Shown here piece by piece: positions 1 through 12,284 of a DNA stretch of 64,000 nt; positions within the stretch are counted from its first letter, which is position 1; each line of letters begins with the position of its first letter. Below the pieces are notes generated by a model that worked only from the letters and a program-made list of their open reading frames with translations, ran no database searches and was not told where the DNA came from. The stretch lies in IMG/VR virus record IMGVR_UViG_3300011989_000257, positions 192,001 through 256,000 of that record, one strand, 5' to 3'. The position numbers were made by a program, and so were the translations under genes. The DNA comes from a virus (taxonomy: Duplodnaviria > Caudoviricetes).

Positions 1-321
1 ATGTTTTGCCAAGAGTTGTTTATCTTCTGTGACATATAGAGTGCCTTTTGGAAGCCAAGAGGATTGATATGCTGTGAGTTGTAGCATATTTCTTGGTTTC
101 ATGTTTGCTCTCACAAAGGCATTATCTTCTAGTAGGCATGTATATTCTGTTGAGCGTGTATGAGACATAACACGTAGAAATTTCTTTTGGTTGGATTTTG
201 TATAGAAACCAAGAAAATTAATTTCTAGTGGTACTAGGAAGTGTGGCACATCATCATGTGGTGGGATATACACTGCATAGTATGTTTTGTTATGGTTTGT
301 TAATGAGTTATATGTTATCAT
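1..321 (-). CDS. Hypothetical protein, runs off the window (MITYNSLTNH...)
   Basis: ATG overlaps the TGA of 318..602 and the frame is open to base 1 (manual translation). Confidence 0.7.
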   Translation of the reverse strand, partial: MITYNSLTNHNKTYYAVYIPPHDDVPHFLVPLEINFLGFYTKSNQKKFLRVMSHTRSTEYTCLLEDNAFVRANMKPRNMLQLTAYQSSWLPKGTLYVTEDKQLLAKH

Positions 322-602
322 CTTGCATCAGTTGTTACTAGTGTTTCTTTTTCTTGTTCTATAGTTACAGTTTTATTTATAATATTTCTAACTGCCTTAG
401 TTGTAGCTGTTAGTGTGAGCACTCCGTATTTTGATAGGTATTCTTCTGCCTTAAGTTTGATATTGACAGCTTCTTCTTCGTTTATGCAGTCATATTTTTG
501 CATTATGTCTTTGATTGGCATGAAGAGGTCTCCCATGAGTGTTGCCATATTATCATAGTTTTTGAGTACGCTTATTATATTATTTCTATCTTCTTGCGTC
601 AT
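318..602 (-). CDS. Hypothetical protein with MTQED N-terminus but a body unrelated to family A
   Basis: ORF track; shares only the first codons with family A. Confidence 0.75.
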   Translation of the reverse strand: MTQEDRNNIISVLKNYDNMATLMGDLFMPIKDIMQKYDCINEEEAVNIKLKAEEYLSKYGVLTLTATTKAVRNIINKTVTIEQEKETLVTTDAR

Positions 603-604
603 AG

Positions 605-1084
605 TTATTTCTCTTTATTTATATACATACCTTCAGGCGCTTCTAACGCCAAACCTCTTTCAATTAAATATCTGTAATCAAAATGGCGCATATTCAGCCA
701 ATCAATCAATTTAGTACAAATTTCGCTAGAACAGAGCATATTTATTGGGTCTGCACCGTATAATTTACCGTCACCGCCGAAAAGATAGTATTTATGATAA
801 CTTTTTGACCCTATATGCCTTTCACCTTTTTTGTATTCAAATGTATAATAGGTTGTTTTTTCTAACTCTTTTCTCTCTTCCTCAGTCATACTTGACAGTG
901 GTCGGAGATAAGGTTTAAAATCTTCAACGTAACAGTCTTCTGCATCAGATAAATGCAATACATTATTATCAATTCCTTTTACAGTAAATGTTGTATTACT
1001 TTTATCATATGTTATTATACCTTTAACCCCATAAGACAACCTTGCTGTAAGGTCTTTTAATAGTTTTTTATCTTCTTGTACCAT
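605..1084 (-). CDS. Phage paralogue family A protein
   Basis: DLxxRLxYGV, KPYLRxLSSMTEEE, DWLNxxxFDYR and GLALEAPEGMY motifs. Confidence 0.85.
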   Translation of the reverse strand: MVQEDKKLLKDLTARLSYGVKGIITYDKSNTTFTVKGIDNNVLHLSDAEDCYVEDFKPYLRPLSSMTEEERKELEKTTYYTFEYKKGERHIGSKSYHKYYLFGGDGKLYGADPINMLCSSEICTKLIDWLNMRHFDYRYLIERGLALEAPEGMYINKEK

Positions 1085-1086
1085 AG

Positions 1087-1464
1087 TTATTTCTCCTTAT
1101 TTATATTATACATACCTTCAGGTGCTTCTAATGCAAGACCTTTAGGTATTAAGCCTCGATAATCAAACATCTTTTTGTTAAGCCAATCTAATCTTTTGGC
1201 ATCAGCAGTCATGCCTAGTTTTTTCAATAACTCCCATAATTCATTTTTTTCTTCATTAGTCATACTTGAAAGAGAACGAAGATATGGTTTGCAGTCGTTA
1301 ATGTCACACCAGTCTTCGAATATCTGAACTTTTTGACTATTTGTATTTATATTGCTTATTTCCACATGACCGTCACGTGGCCAGCGAATATTGATACACT
1401 TAACTCCATAAGGCAACCTTGAACAAAGGTCTACCAAAAGGAGTTTTTTATCTTCTTGTGTCAT
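1087..1464 (-). CDS. Phage paralogue family A protein
   Basis: Same motifs as 605..1084. Confidence 0.85.
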   Translation of the reverse strand: MTQEDKKLLLVDLCSRLPYGVKCINIRWPRDGHVEISNINTNSQKVQIFEDWCDINDCKPYLRSLSSMTNEEKNELWELLKKLGMTADAKRLDWLNKKMFDYRGLIPKGLALEAPEGMYNINKEK

Positions 1465-1466
1465 GG

Positions 1467-1721
1467 TTATTTCTCCTTGCCTTTAAATACTACTACGCTA
1501 TCTGTGGGTACACCATCCTTATAGGTGATTTCAAGGGTTGTTTTTCCTTGATAGACATCCATCGCAGTTGGTTTTGAATCACTTGAAAGCGCAAATACAG
1601 CACCTGATATTATATATGCCCCAATTACTCCAAATATGAATGCAGCGTCTTTACATTCTGTACATAGGAGAAACAATCCGACTAGCAATATAATTAATCC
1701 AATTGTAAATAATATCCACAT
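1467..1721 (-). CDS. Small membrane protein
   Basis: Two hydrophobic segments at the N-terminus. Confidence 0.75.
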   Translation of the reverse strand: MWILFTIGLIILLVGLFLLCTECKDAAFIFGVIGAYIISGAVFALSSDSKPTAMDVYQGKTTLEITYKDGVPTDSVVVFKGKEK

Positions 1722-1723
1722 AG

Positions 1724-2191
1724 TTATTTCTTTTTTATATTATACATCCCTTCTGGTGCTTTAAGTGCAAGCTCCTTTTCAATTAATCCACGATAATCAA
1801 AATGATGTTTATTAAGCCAATCAACCACTTCGCCGAACGTAGAGTATGAAATATCTGTATAAGGTTTATAAATATAATTTTCATCTGGTATACCTCCAAA
1901 CAGACAACTCAATTCTATTTTCTCTTCCTCTGTCATGCTTGACAGTGAGCGCAGATAGGGTTTAATAAAATCAACACACCCAGTGTAATGTTTTTTGTTA
2001 AAAGAACCGAAGTCATCGCCATCAACACCAACACTAGTATAGGTTTCTTCCATCAAAAACACATCACTAGATATTTTCCCATATAGTGTCTGTATTGTTG
2101 GTTCTTTAAATGTCGTATTATATACTTTCACTCCACACAGCAACCTTGAAGAAAGGTCTGTAAGCAATAAATCTTTATCTTCTTGTGTCAT
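1724..2191 (-). CDS. Phage paralogue family A protein
   Basis: Same motifs as 605..1084. Confidence 0.85.
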   Translation of the reverse strand: MTQEDKDLLLTDLSSRLLCGVKVYNTTFKEPTIQTLYGKISSDVFLMEETYTSVGVDGDDFGSFNKKHYTGCVDFIKPYLRSLSSMTEEEKIELSCLFGGIPDENYIYKPYTDISYSTFGEVVDWLNKHHFDYRGLIEKELALKAPEGMYNIKKK

Positions 2192-2415
2192 ACTTTATTC
2201 TGTTTTATATTTTTTGCCATATTTTTCTAGCTCTTCTGACGCTTGTTTTATGCTTTTCCATTCTTTCTCAAGATATGTTGCAACGTCATTACATAGGTCA
2301 GACACACGAATATTACTAGTATCAGTGGCTCGGTCTTTATTTTCTTTTGCACATTGTCGTAAAGCTGCAATAGCTCGATTCAAATTATTTATTGTAATCT
2401 CCATAATTTTATTAT

Positions 2416-2871
2416 TTATTGTTTGTACATTCCTATAGGTGCTTCTAATGCAAGACCCATTGGTATTAGTCCACGATAGTCAAAATGATGAGCATTGAGC
2501 CAGTCTATATAACTACTTATGTCAAATTCATATAATAATTTATGTTCTGTGGGGTATGCAGAAAAATCAGAGTCAAAAGGTTGTTGACCTACAATGAAAG
2601 AGTTGTATTCTTTTTCTTCTTCCTTGGTCATTGAAGACATTGAGCGAAGATATGGTTTAACCTCGTCTGTATGTGCATCCCAATAAGAATCAGCAGCAGT
2701 ATCAAATACCACAAGTTCTTTTGGGATACTAATTTCTACTGGCTTTCCATCGTTCAAACCTGCTGCTCCATCATCTACTTGGCATATTACTCCATACGTC
2801 AACCTTGCAGATAGGTCTTTCAACAATAGTTCTTTATCTTCTTGTGACAGTTCTTTATTTTCTTGTGTCAT
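2416..2871 (-). CDS. Phage paralogue family A protein
   Basis: Same motifs; duplicated N-terminal QENKEL/QEDKEL. Confidence 0.85.
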   Translation of the reverse strand: MTQENKELSQEDKELLLKDLSARLTYGVICQVDDGAAGLNDGKPVEISIPKELVVFDTAADSYWDAHTDEVKPYLRSMSSMTKEEEKEYNSFIVGQQPFDSDFSAYPTEHKLLYEFDISSYIDWLNAHHFDYRGLIPMGLALEAPIGMYKQ

Positions 2872-3122
2872 GGTTTATTTTTCTCTATGGTTAGTATCAA
2901 TGTATCTCCGATTTCGAAGTTGGTGGTATCTTTATAGTTATAGTCATACCATATGTGGTCTCCTAGTTTAATAAGTCTATACCTATAGCATGGTTCTCCT
3001 GCTTTTTTTGCCTTTGATGTGACGATGTATTTTGTACCGTTGCCCACATTTAGTTCGTCCATTGCCATATTGCATCCAATCATTATGAGGGATGCGAGCA
3101 TTAATAATATAATTTTTTTCAT
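2868..3122 (-). CDS. Putative lipoprotein
   Basis: MKK + hydrophobic stretch + LIMIGC lipobox-like signal. Confidence 0.65.
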   Translation of the reverse strand: MKKIILLMLASLIMIGCNMAMDELNVGNGTKYIVTSKAKKAGEPCYRYRLIKLGDHIWYDYNYKDTTNFEIGDTLILTIEKNKP

Positions 3123-3126
3123 ATCG

Positions 3127-5161
3127 TTACCAATTGATTATTAGCATTGTCCCTGGTGAGCAATTATACCTCACATATTCTACTTTAAAGCCGTAACTAG
3201 ATAAACGTTCATTTATGACATCTTTCAATGTAGTGAGTAATCCATCTGACTTAATTCCTCCAAAATAAGTATCAACTAATTCATCTAGTGACATATATAT
3301 ATCAAGCTTCCCTTTTTTGGCAGATTTCTCAATGTTTTCAAACACTGCGTCCATAAAACGATTTAAGCAATCATCATAGGTTGTTTCGATTTTATTGAAC
3401 GCCATTTCTCTTGCTTCTTCTGCTGTTATATGATTCATATTATTCTCCTTTTTGCGTTTTCAATTGTTTAATTCTAATGTCTTGGAATTGATACAACTGT
3501 TCATAGATTCGTTCATTGCGATTCATGCAAGTATCAAGTTTCTCTCGCCATAGTTTTGAAAGTTCAATCCATTCTTTTTCACTCTGCTTATAGTTTCTTA
3601 TCTGATAATCCTGAACACCTATTGTGGTAATCAGAAAAAGAAACAGCAACCACTTTCCAACGGTTACAAACGGTTTAAAATCTATATTCGAATCCATATT
3701 ACAATTCTCCTTTCTGTGCTTTATTATTAACTGCCATCCCAAGTTCAAAGAAATGCTTGGCAATTACTATTACAGGGCTTTCTGTACATTCATAAAATTC
3801 TTTTGTTTGAACAAATCTTTCTACCTCTTTCTGCAAATCCACCTCTTTTACCTCAAGGGTATCGAGGAAAGAAAGCAACTCCGTAAGAACAAAAGCTTCG
3901 TTTCCATAAACTGCTCTTAATGCTTTATCGGTTTCATTCTTTGGTATTTCTTTTCTTCTTCTCACTATCTCCGCTACTACAGCAGATTTTGGTATGTACT
4001 GTTCCATAATCTACTTATTTTTTAATATAATAAAATTAATAAAAATCTTACCAATGAATATATTATAAATTTTTCCAATTGGCTTATTATATTTCATAAC
4101 CTTAAAGAATGGTTTCCAAACATAGTCAAGTATCGTAATATTTAGTATAAATCTTTTACACTCCATTGATTTATCTTTTAATGCTACTAATTTCCACTGA
4201 GTTATTTGTTTTTTCAAACTTCATATTACCGTTACAAGCTGCGAACAATAGTTGTCCAACGATGAACAAGTAGGCCATATTCCTGATAAAGTAGCACATT
4301 TCTTCAGTTCTGACGTACTTATAAGGGTCTTCTAGAACCTTTTTAACATACAAGTCGGTTGTACCTTGGTGTAATACTACCATCAAGTGACTGAATATAT
4401 GCCACAAGATTCCAAGCAATATGATGATTAAAACTATGTATATAATTGTCATTTCCATACCTTACTCTCCTTCTATATAGTTTTTGAAATTTTCAATCAT
4501 TTCTTTCTTGCTATCAAATACTTCACTTTCAATGCTATAACGTCTATTATTGAAAAAGAAGTATTCATCTAAGAATTTCAATGCCTTCTCGATAAAGACA
4601 TCCTTGCGGACGTATTCCTTACTTTCATCGTCAATAGCCTTTGTTTGCCATCTCCTATCAAAATTAGGTGTGGCATAAATTTTTTCTGGTAGATTCTTCA
4701 TAACATTATTTCTTTTTCAATTCCACAAAGTCTTAATGCGTAGTGGAGTTGATGGACATATTTAATATGTGTAAGATATAATTTCGTTCTCTCACTTGGT
4801 ATAACATTGTCTTTTCCTTTTTCGACAATTTTGATGTACTCTATTCTGTTTGCATAGCCTAATTGTACTGATATAGAGTAGTTATCTAAATCTTTATCAT
4901 AATGATGCCAAATGAGGTCTCTTTTAAAGCCATTCTTCTCCAATATCTCTGGAGTAAGTTCTACATTGTCACCAACCATCGATTCGTTTGCTTTCATAAC
5001 TTCATTGCTTTGTGACCCACAATCCACTTTATCAAAAACAGTAATCCAAATGACACATACAAAGGTATTGCATCATCACCAAGCAGATTATATAACATAT
5101 AGCAACCATAATAGACAGCATAAATCCATACTATAATATAAAAAACTAACAATGCTTTCAT
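3127..5161 (-). CDS. Run of small hypothetical genes (3127-3438, 3440-~3700, 3699-4007, 4011-~4170, 4171-4458, 4462-4701, 4698-4997, 4994-5161)
   Basis: Head-to-tail packing; 4994..5161 is a 55-aa hydrophobic ORF found manually. Confidence 0.7.
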
Positions 5162-5272
5162 AACTTTATTTCTTTAGTATATAATATAACCACTCTATTA
5201 TTTGTTTGATTATAAGAAATATTCCACCTGCCGCAAGCCATGCAACAGTCCATTCTTGTCCATCTGTCATAA

Positions 5273-6412
5273 CTATTCCTCCCTTAGTTTCTTTAAATCT
5301 TTATAGAGCGATTCAAGGATTCCTAAGTTCACGTAATTTCCTCCACAAGCACACTTGAGTGTTTCTATCTGCTCTTCGCTCGGCTTCCAAGCGTATCTAT
5401 CTTTAAGTGACTGAAACCATCCAAAATGTTCTAATTTGATTTCATCAAAATATGGGTCAACCAAGAGTACACTAAGAGCATGAGCAATACTTTTAAAATA
5501 CCCTTCATCCTCTTTACTCCACTTAGCATTATTCTGCTCAATCATCTTCAATTCCTTCTTTTCAAAATCAAAGGTATATCTTGCATCAGCCATTGCTTTC
5601 ATTAGAGCATCACTCTGCTCTTTGGTGGCTGGTTTTACATCTTCATCATTAGGAGCAAGACAACCTTTTTCAGAATCAGAATTAAAATGAGGATACATAA
5701 TATTGTAATAACAATAGTAACTTAAAGCATAATGTTTCTTTGGTGTTCCTTTAAGAACGAATACAATCTTTGGTGTCCCACATTCATAAGTGCAAAGCAC
5801 ATCGCCATCCTTTGCATCTTGGATGGTCCAAAGATGATAATATTGATGGACTACATCAAAACAAATCTTATCACCATCATCTGCATAATACCACTCATTT
5901 TCGACTTTCACTATTTGAAAAGTACTATTATTATCTGTTATCCAATCACCAACTTTAAACTTTGGCTCAATCTTGTCAGCATGTTTCTGCCCTACCAAAT
6001 CCCATATACATTCTTCATCAAAGCCACAGATAAACAAATCTTCTGACCAATACCCATTTTCGTCAATCTTAGTGATAGTCAGAGATTCTTCATTGGAAGT
6101 CTTTATTTCGTCACCAACTCTAAACTTTGGAATGATTACAACAGGCTTCTGCTGACCTTGATTTTCAAGCCAATCTATAGCCTTCGTAAGTTCTTCATAT
6201 CTATCAGAACCTTTTTCATCGGTTGCTCTAAGACAAGCAAGTTCATTACTTATGAAGTTCCTTATCCTCTCATCCTCCTCGCTCTTTTTGAGTTCTGGGA
6301 ACATTCTTGCTAGTTGGAAGTTTGTGCCAATTGGCATTGCTCTGTCATTCCAATACTGACGAGCAATTTCTAGAGCCTTGTCATAACGTTCTGCCTTTTC
6401 TTTTACTGTCAT
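5273..6412 (-). CDS. Modular phage protein with two PKFxVGD (SH3/Tudor-like) repeats
   Basis: PKFRVGDEI and PKFKVGDWI repeats, LWTIQDAKDGDVL block; first gene after the promoter at 6437. Confidence 0.75.
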   Translation of the reverse strand: MTVKEKAERYDKALEIARQYWNDRAMPIGTNFQLARMFPELKKSEEDERIRNFISNELACLRATDEKGSDRYEELTKAIDWLENQGQQKPVVIIPKFRVGDEIKTSNEESLTITKIDENGYWSEDLFICGFDEECIWDLVGQKHADKIEPKFKVGDWITDNNSTFQIVKVENEWYYADDGDKICFDVVHQYYHLWTIQDAKDGDVLCTYECGTPKIVFVLKGTPKKHYALSYYCYYNIMYPHFNSDSEKGCLAPNDEDVKPATKEQSDALMKAMADARYTFDFEKKELKMIEQNNAKWSKEDEGYFKSIAHALSVLLVDPYFDEIKLEHFGWFQSLKDRYAWKPSEEQIETLKCACGGNYVNLGILESLYKDLKKLREE

Positions 6413-6436
6413 AACTTATATTTTTATACTATAATG

Positions 6437-6468
6437 CAAATATACGAAAAAAATATGAGATAAACAAA
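6437..6468 (-). promoter_or_regulatory. Bacteroidetes sigma70-type promoter overlapped by a terminator-like hairpin
   Basis: TTTG-N20-TATATTTG; IR aaatatgagat...atctcatattt at 6451-6485. Confidence 0.85.
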
Positions 6469-6558
6469 AAATTCATCTCATATTTAATATTATTTAACTT
6501 TTTGACTGCATTATTGTCTCTTCTTCACCTCACTCTTTCTTTGAGGTGCTTGAGTCAA

Positions 6559-9500
6559 TTAAATAGTTGACTTCAGTTTAATAGGTTCATCACTATATGT
6601 CATTTCTTTGCCAATAAGATGTTTAATAGTTCCTTTTGGTAACAAGACTCCTTTCTTAAATTCTGTATCAATGGAGCCAGTAGTCCAACGTTGCCCCCAC
6701 ATGACTTTTAAGTCCATATTTGGGAAATTTCTATATGGCTCACATGGAAATATTCTTTCGTCTCCATGACCATCAACACATATCCAAGATTCTTCCATAA
6801 TTAATATAATCCACTTTCTTTTTTAACTTCCTCAATCATATTTAGGATTGTAGCAGTTTCTAAAAAACCGCCTATTGGAATGCCACGATTTAAAGAATCA
6901 TACATTCTCCCAAATTCTTCTCCTGCTTCTTCACCAAACTCTTTAGAGTATTTGTCTATGCATGCTTGTCGTAAATCAAATTTTTTACGTTTCCACCACT
7001 TTATAATTTTATTCATAATTACAACAAATTTAATAAAGTTTATAGATATTTTTCCATCCTTCCACATCAAACCCCTTACCACAAACAGCACAAGTAACAC
7101 AAGGTGAACTACCACCATCTATATCTTTATGCCACCATATATCCCCTTTTTCAAGTTCTAACTTACTACCGCAATGTGGACAATTGCCAACAACTGATAA
7201 TTTCCCTCTTTCTAATATCTTCATAGCTATGTATTTTTAAGTTCTATGTTATTGCCTAATTTCATTAATCAAAATATCCGTAAGGAAAATCTTCAAGCTG
7301 ACCATTGTCGTTAAAATGATATTGTATTGTTTCTCCAGTTCCATATGCATTTTCATTTGCATACACCTCAACATTCTCGCCAAACCAATCCTTGCCATAT
7401 TCTCTATGAAAACGGCCTACATGGTTAATAAATGGTGAGTAGCAAGAATGTATATTATTGCCAAAGGATTTAATCATTGAAACAAACTCATCTTTAGATG
7501 TCTCAATAATATCCGCAGATGAATATTCATCTTCAATGTATTTGATACCTTTTTCTTTATGTACGTCAAGATAAATTTTCATATTTTTTCTATTGATAGT
7601 TCTTTCATAATTTATTCATTAGTCCATTAAGACATTTTTCTGCATCTTCACTATTACTAAAAACACAATTAACAGTACAATTTCCAGGTACAGATAAATC
7701 GGGATGAGGTGCCTCAGGTCCCCAATAAGTAACAGTTGTCCAAAATAAAGGAAGCCCAAATAAAGGGTTTTCTTGAACTTTATAAATAAGTTTGTTATTT
7801 TTATATTTACCTACAATTCTATATTTCATATTGTTCCTTCTTTAATTAGTTGTTCTTTTTCTTTTTCAGTATAATCGTAAGAATCTATATCTTTTATAAG
7901 ATTATCCCACAATTCTCCTGTAGAATCTAATGCTGCACTATTCCAATACTCTCCTATTCCGAACCATCCACCTTGTTTTGTTCTAACATAGACACCAAGT
8001 TCATCGTTTTCTCCTTTAGAGGTAACGATAAATTTATCACTGTGCGTAGAATATAGCCAAAAATGACCTTTTACGGCTTCACGATATAGTTCAAACTGTT
8101 TAGGATATTTTTTCCTAAACTGTTGATGGCCAAGAACTTCATCCACTTGAATAACAAAATGACGTGAAAATGTTATTTTTCCATCGTCAAAGCAATGATA
8201 CTTTTTGCCTACTTCTGGAATCGGTTTCATGTGCTTTTTATGACCACACAACACAGTTCTTGTTGGTAATGGATATTTATTTTTCTTCATAATCGCATTA
8301 TTTTATGCTTATATAATTTCAATAAAACATTGTATATGGGTCAGCACCAAGTATATCATCAAGTTGTTCTTGCGCTTCATCATCCCATTCGATTGGCTCT
8401 TTGGTGGATGGGATATATGGTTTTTCTTTTTTCTTTGGGGTAATATCTTTAAAGTAACTTCCGTAGAAATGTGTTATCGCTAATTTTTTTCTTTTCCTTT
8501 CATCAGCACGTTTAAACATTTTTACCAACGGCTCAAAGTCACTTTCGTGAGTTTTACCCCACATTGTAATTACTACTTTTGTATCTGATACTTCTATTTC
8601 CATAATCAAATCAAGTTTAATTTATTCAACTTAATAATCATTTCAACACAAGCATTAATATGGTTGTCAGAAATAACAATTTCTTCTTTTCCATAATCAC
8701 ATTTTATAGATACACCATTTTTTACAGGATGAATATCATACCAAAAAGGCATAACTTTAAGTAATGCTGGCAAGCTCCAACAAGGAATATATTTAATCTC
8801 TTCATCATAATCCTTTACAGCATCACTTGATAGAGAATATGAATAGAAATATGATTTTTCTCCTTGTGCAATATAATGATAATCCGCACTTTCAATTGGC
8901 AGTATCTCTGCCAACTTCTTGGACTGTTCTAAATCAGTATAACTTTTCATAACATATCATTTAGTACAAGGTATATGATAAATAACTCAACAGCAACTCC
9001 AAAAGCAGCCACAGATATGCCATAGTATTTAGGAGGTCGAATAAAGCAATCTATCCCAAATAACACAAGTAAGATAATTAATATCCAAATTATAGTATTA
9101 ACTGTTGCCATAAGTTATTTCAATAATAAAATCATTAAAACTATAACCAATATTATAATTGCTACTATTAATGGTTTAAATTCTCCCATAATATTCGAAT
9201 CAAATTATCTCCAAGCATATACTGCTGTATAATTACCCTTACACCCACAATCAATATCACGAGAATAATAATATTTAACGATATCAGAGAATGGGCTGCA
9301 ATTATGTTTCAATATAAACATTCTTGCTTCTTCGTTACGTAAAGTATATCCATTTTCATCGAAAAGATACTGATATATTTCATTATCTCTATCGCATCTA
9401 TATGGGTCTATTGGATTTATAAAGTTCCCATTTTTATCAAAAATGTCTTTTATTTTATTTATTGCCATAGCTTGTTTATTTTTTGAATGTGTTGTATGCC

Positions 9501-9658
9501 ATTCTTTGGATTTTCACTGCGTATCTTATGTCTAGAATTGCATTCATAATGGCTTTCTTATGTTCTGTTTCTGGGTGTTCATTAATATATGCCTCTGCAA
9601 AGTCGCATACTTTTTCAAAATTTTTTAAACGGCTTTTTGAAACATTATAAACTATCAT
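6559..9658 (-). CDS. Run of small hypothetical genes (6559-6798, 6801-~7016, 7030-7224 Zn-ribbon, 7265-7582, 7605-7829, 7826-8290, 8319-8609, 8606-8950, 8947-9111 membrane, 9205-9468, 9476-9658)
   Basis: ORF track plus manual translation; CPHC/CAVC in 7030..7224. Confidence 0.7.
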
Positions 9659-9793
9659 AGTTACTAATTTTAATTACTGGTTCAACATCATAATTGTCAC
9701 TTACTAACATTTCTGCCATATATTCTAATCGTCTACATTGTAATTTAAACAACTTTATTTTTTCTTCTTTTGTTAAATTGATTGTTGCCATAG

Positions 9794-10051
9794 TTAATCG
9801 TTCCAATTTATTATACCATGTGTACTATAATTTGCTTTAGTTTCTGCGATAGTCATAGGAGGCTTACTTCTTCTGCCATTTCCGCTATAATGTACAATAT
9901 TAACACTTGCGTCAATGTCAATACTCATTTTAAGAGCCAAGCAAGGTTCTTTGTATTTTTCCAAAAGAGCAAGAACATCATCGTGTATTTTTTGTGCAAG
10001 ATTTTGTTTCATTTCTTGCATTACCTCATTATCTTTTGTAGTTGTTGCCAT
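9794..10051 (-). CDS. Hypothetical protein (MATT start)
   Basis: ORF track; begins in the start-associated repeat. Confidence 0.75.
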   Translation of the reverse strand: MATTTKDNEVMQEMKQNLAQKIHDDVLALLEKYKEPCLALKMSIDIDASVNIVHYSGNGRRSKPPMTIAETKANYSTHGIINWND

Positions 10052-10196
10052 AGTTACTTAAGGGCTTTAATTGCTTGGTTAATTTTATCAATAGACCATT
10101 GAACGTTCAAATTCTGCTTATGTCCTCTAAGAAGATATTTTGCAGTATCTAATAACTGAATTATTTCTTCATTATCTTTAACCGTTGTCATAGTCT

Positions 10197-10400
10197 TTAT
10201 TCATTTTCATTTCTCCACAAAGTATTTTCCATTTTATCAGAATGGGAAAACTCTATGATTTCATCAATATTATTGCATTCATATTTCTTCAAAACACTTG
10301 CATCCATTGTACCATTGTTAACCTCTTTAACTAGGTCGAGCAATGTTTTGTAAGGCGTTAATAAATTCCTTAAATGTGCGCCCAATGTTTCTGTTGCCAT
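10197..10400 (-). CDS. Hypothetical protein (MATE start)
   Basis: ORF track; begins in the start-associated repeat. Confidence 0.75.
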   Translation of the reverse strand: MATETLGAHLRNLLTPYKTLLDLVKEVNNGTMDASVLKKYECNNIDEIIEFSHSDKMENTLWRNENE

Positions 10401-10406
10401 AGTTAT

Positions 10407-10784
10407 TCAAATTATATGTTCAAGACAATATCTAATACCAGCATCACAAGCTTCCTCATAGGTTTTCCCATATATATGTCCACAAGCATTTACAGTTGCA
10501 TCTATGCCAGAATCACGATAGTATATATCGGCTTCCCATTCTCCATAATCTCTTACTCCAACACTTGTTGTTACTGGGTTAACAACGAGATTATGCTTTT
10601 CTCTCAGCCACTTCATTGCCATTTGGAGAGTACATTTAGGTAGCCAATCAATTTCATTTTCCCAATGACCACACATAGTAGACCCTCTATTAGAATAGGA
10701 AAACAACGTAAAGCCTTCAAATCCTTTTTCTTTCAAGAGTTTTGCTATCTCAAATGAAACATAGTCTTCTGTAATTGTTGCCAT
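10407..10784 (-). CDS. Phage paralogue family B protein (start corrected to MATITEDYVSF)
   Basis: YVSFExAxLLKEKGF, TLQMAMKWL and EEA..I.YCL motifs shared with 10947..11381; start-associated repeat at 10776. Confidence 0.8.
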   Translation of the reverse strand: MATITEDYVSFEIAKLLKEKGFEGFTLFSYSNRGSTMCGHWENEIDWLPKCTLQMAMKWLREKHNLVVNPVTTSVGVRDYGEWEADIYYRDSGIDATVNACGHIYGKTYEEACDAGIRYCLEHII

Positions 10785-10946
10785 AGTTATTAAATTAAAT
10801 TGATATCGCCTTTCCGTCTCCCATATATTTGTTATGTGGGCATCCTTCACACGAATGATGTGTACCCCATTCATCAGTACACCCAGAGTTCCATCTTTCA
10901 TCATCATCTAATGGCCTATCTAATCGTAAACACCATTTTGCCATAA

Positions 10947-11381
10947 CTATTTAATTAAATGTTTTAAGCAATACTTTATTGCTTCTTCACAAGCTTGTTC
11001 ATGGGAATTAAAAGTACCTATAAACCTTCCAAACGGATACCTTTTGTTCAATTCCTCGACATAAGAGTGCCACCTTTCAGTCCAGTGGCAGTCTTCTACA
11101 CTTGGCGCTACATTCACGTAAAGCCTATGCTTTCGTACCAACCACTTCATTGCCATTTGAAGAGTTGGCGCAGATATGATAGAAGCAACACCTTCAATCG
11201 AGAGCTTCCAAGTATGATAGTCATTGCAGTCGGCGTTTGTTAAATCCTTTATCCCAAACTGGCTAAGTCTTAGCAATTCCCCATTATTTGAGAAGACGTA
11301 TTCGGTTTCTTCATTAAATCCCTTCTCTTTTAAGAGTTCTGCTGTCTCAAAAGAAACATAATTTTCTTCAATTGTTGCCAT
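10947..11381 (-). CDS. Phage paralogue family B protein
   Basis: Same motifs as 10407..10784. Confidence 0.85.
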   Translation of the reverse strand: MATIEENYVSFETAELLKEKGFNEETEYVFSNNGELLRLSQFGIKDLTNADCNDYHTWKLSIEGVASIISAPTLQMAMKWLVRKHRLYVNVAPSVEDCHWTERWHSYVEELNKRYPFGRFIGTFNSHEQACEEAIKYCLKHLIK

Positions 11382-12284
11382 AGTTATTCAGATTTATTTA
11401 AAAGCAATCTTTAAATTTTGCATTTCTACCGTATTTTTCTTTAAACTGATTATGTGTTATTATCTCCACCCTACAAGGGATTCCAAATAGTGAACCATAA
11501 TCAGAATAATATGCAATACGTATTTTCTTTAATACATAGAAAATATACAGTCGTTTCAAATATTTTATAAAGGGGTTTATTAGGAGTATCCACAACAAAA
11601 GGGAAATAACTATAACCCCTACTATTGCACAAATATATATTAAAAAATTCATGTTAATTACAAATAATTTTCTAATTTATCACTTCTATTATTATAGCAC
11701 TCGCACATACTTATGTCAGCTAACGCTAAAAAAACAATTTTAAGCCAATATTTAATTGTTGTCATAAGTTATCTATTATCTAAGTTTATTCTATCTGGGC
11801 ATTCGCCAATATTAAGAGGGTAAAGAAAACATCCAAGACAATAATGATTGTTATATACTTTAACTTTTCTATTATATCTCTTACAATAATATGATTTAAT
11901 TGTGGTCATAGCTGTTTACATAATTCATCATAATGTCCATTTCTTTTTGTGCATTTGTCTGCAATCTTAAATGATAGTTTCATCAACGATATTGTTAAAA
12001 TTGGATAGATTACTATGCAATTAACAAACATTAGCAATGGAAGCCAATGTATATTAATATATCCACTTTCTGTTATAGAAAATAACAAATATGCTACCAA
12101 TGCAAATATAATGGATGCTATAATAAAACCACAAGCACCAGCTAAGCATCCCGCCATTTCTTCATCAGTATGCGGAGTTAAATCTGGAATATCATCTGGA
12201 TGATAAGATGCCCAAGGATTGATAAATACCATAATCTATAATAACTTTTACGTTTCAAACCAAATTTTCAAGACAATCCTTTTA

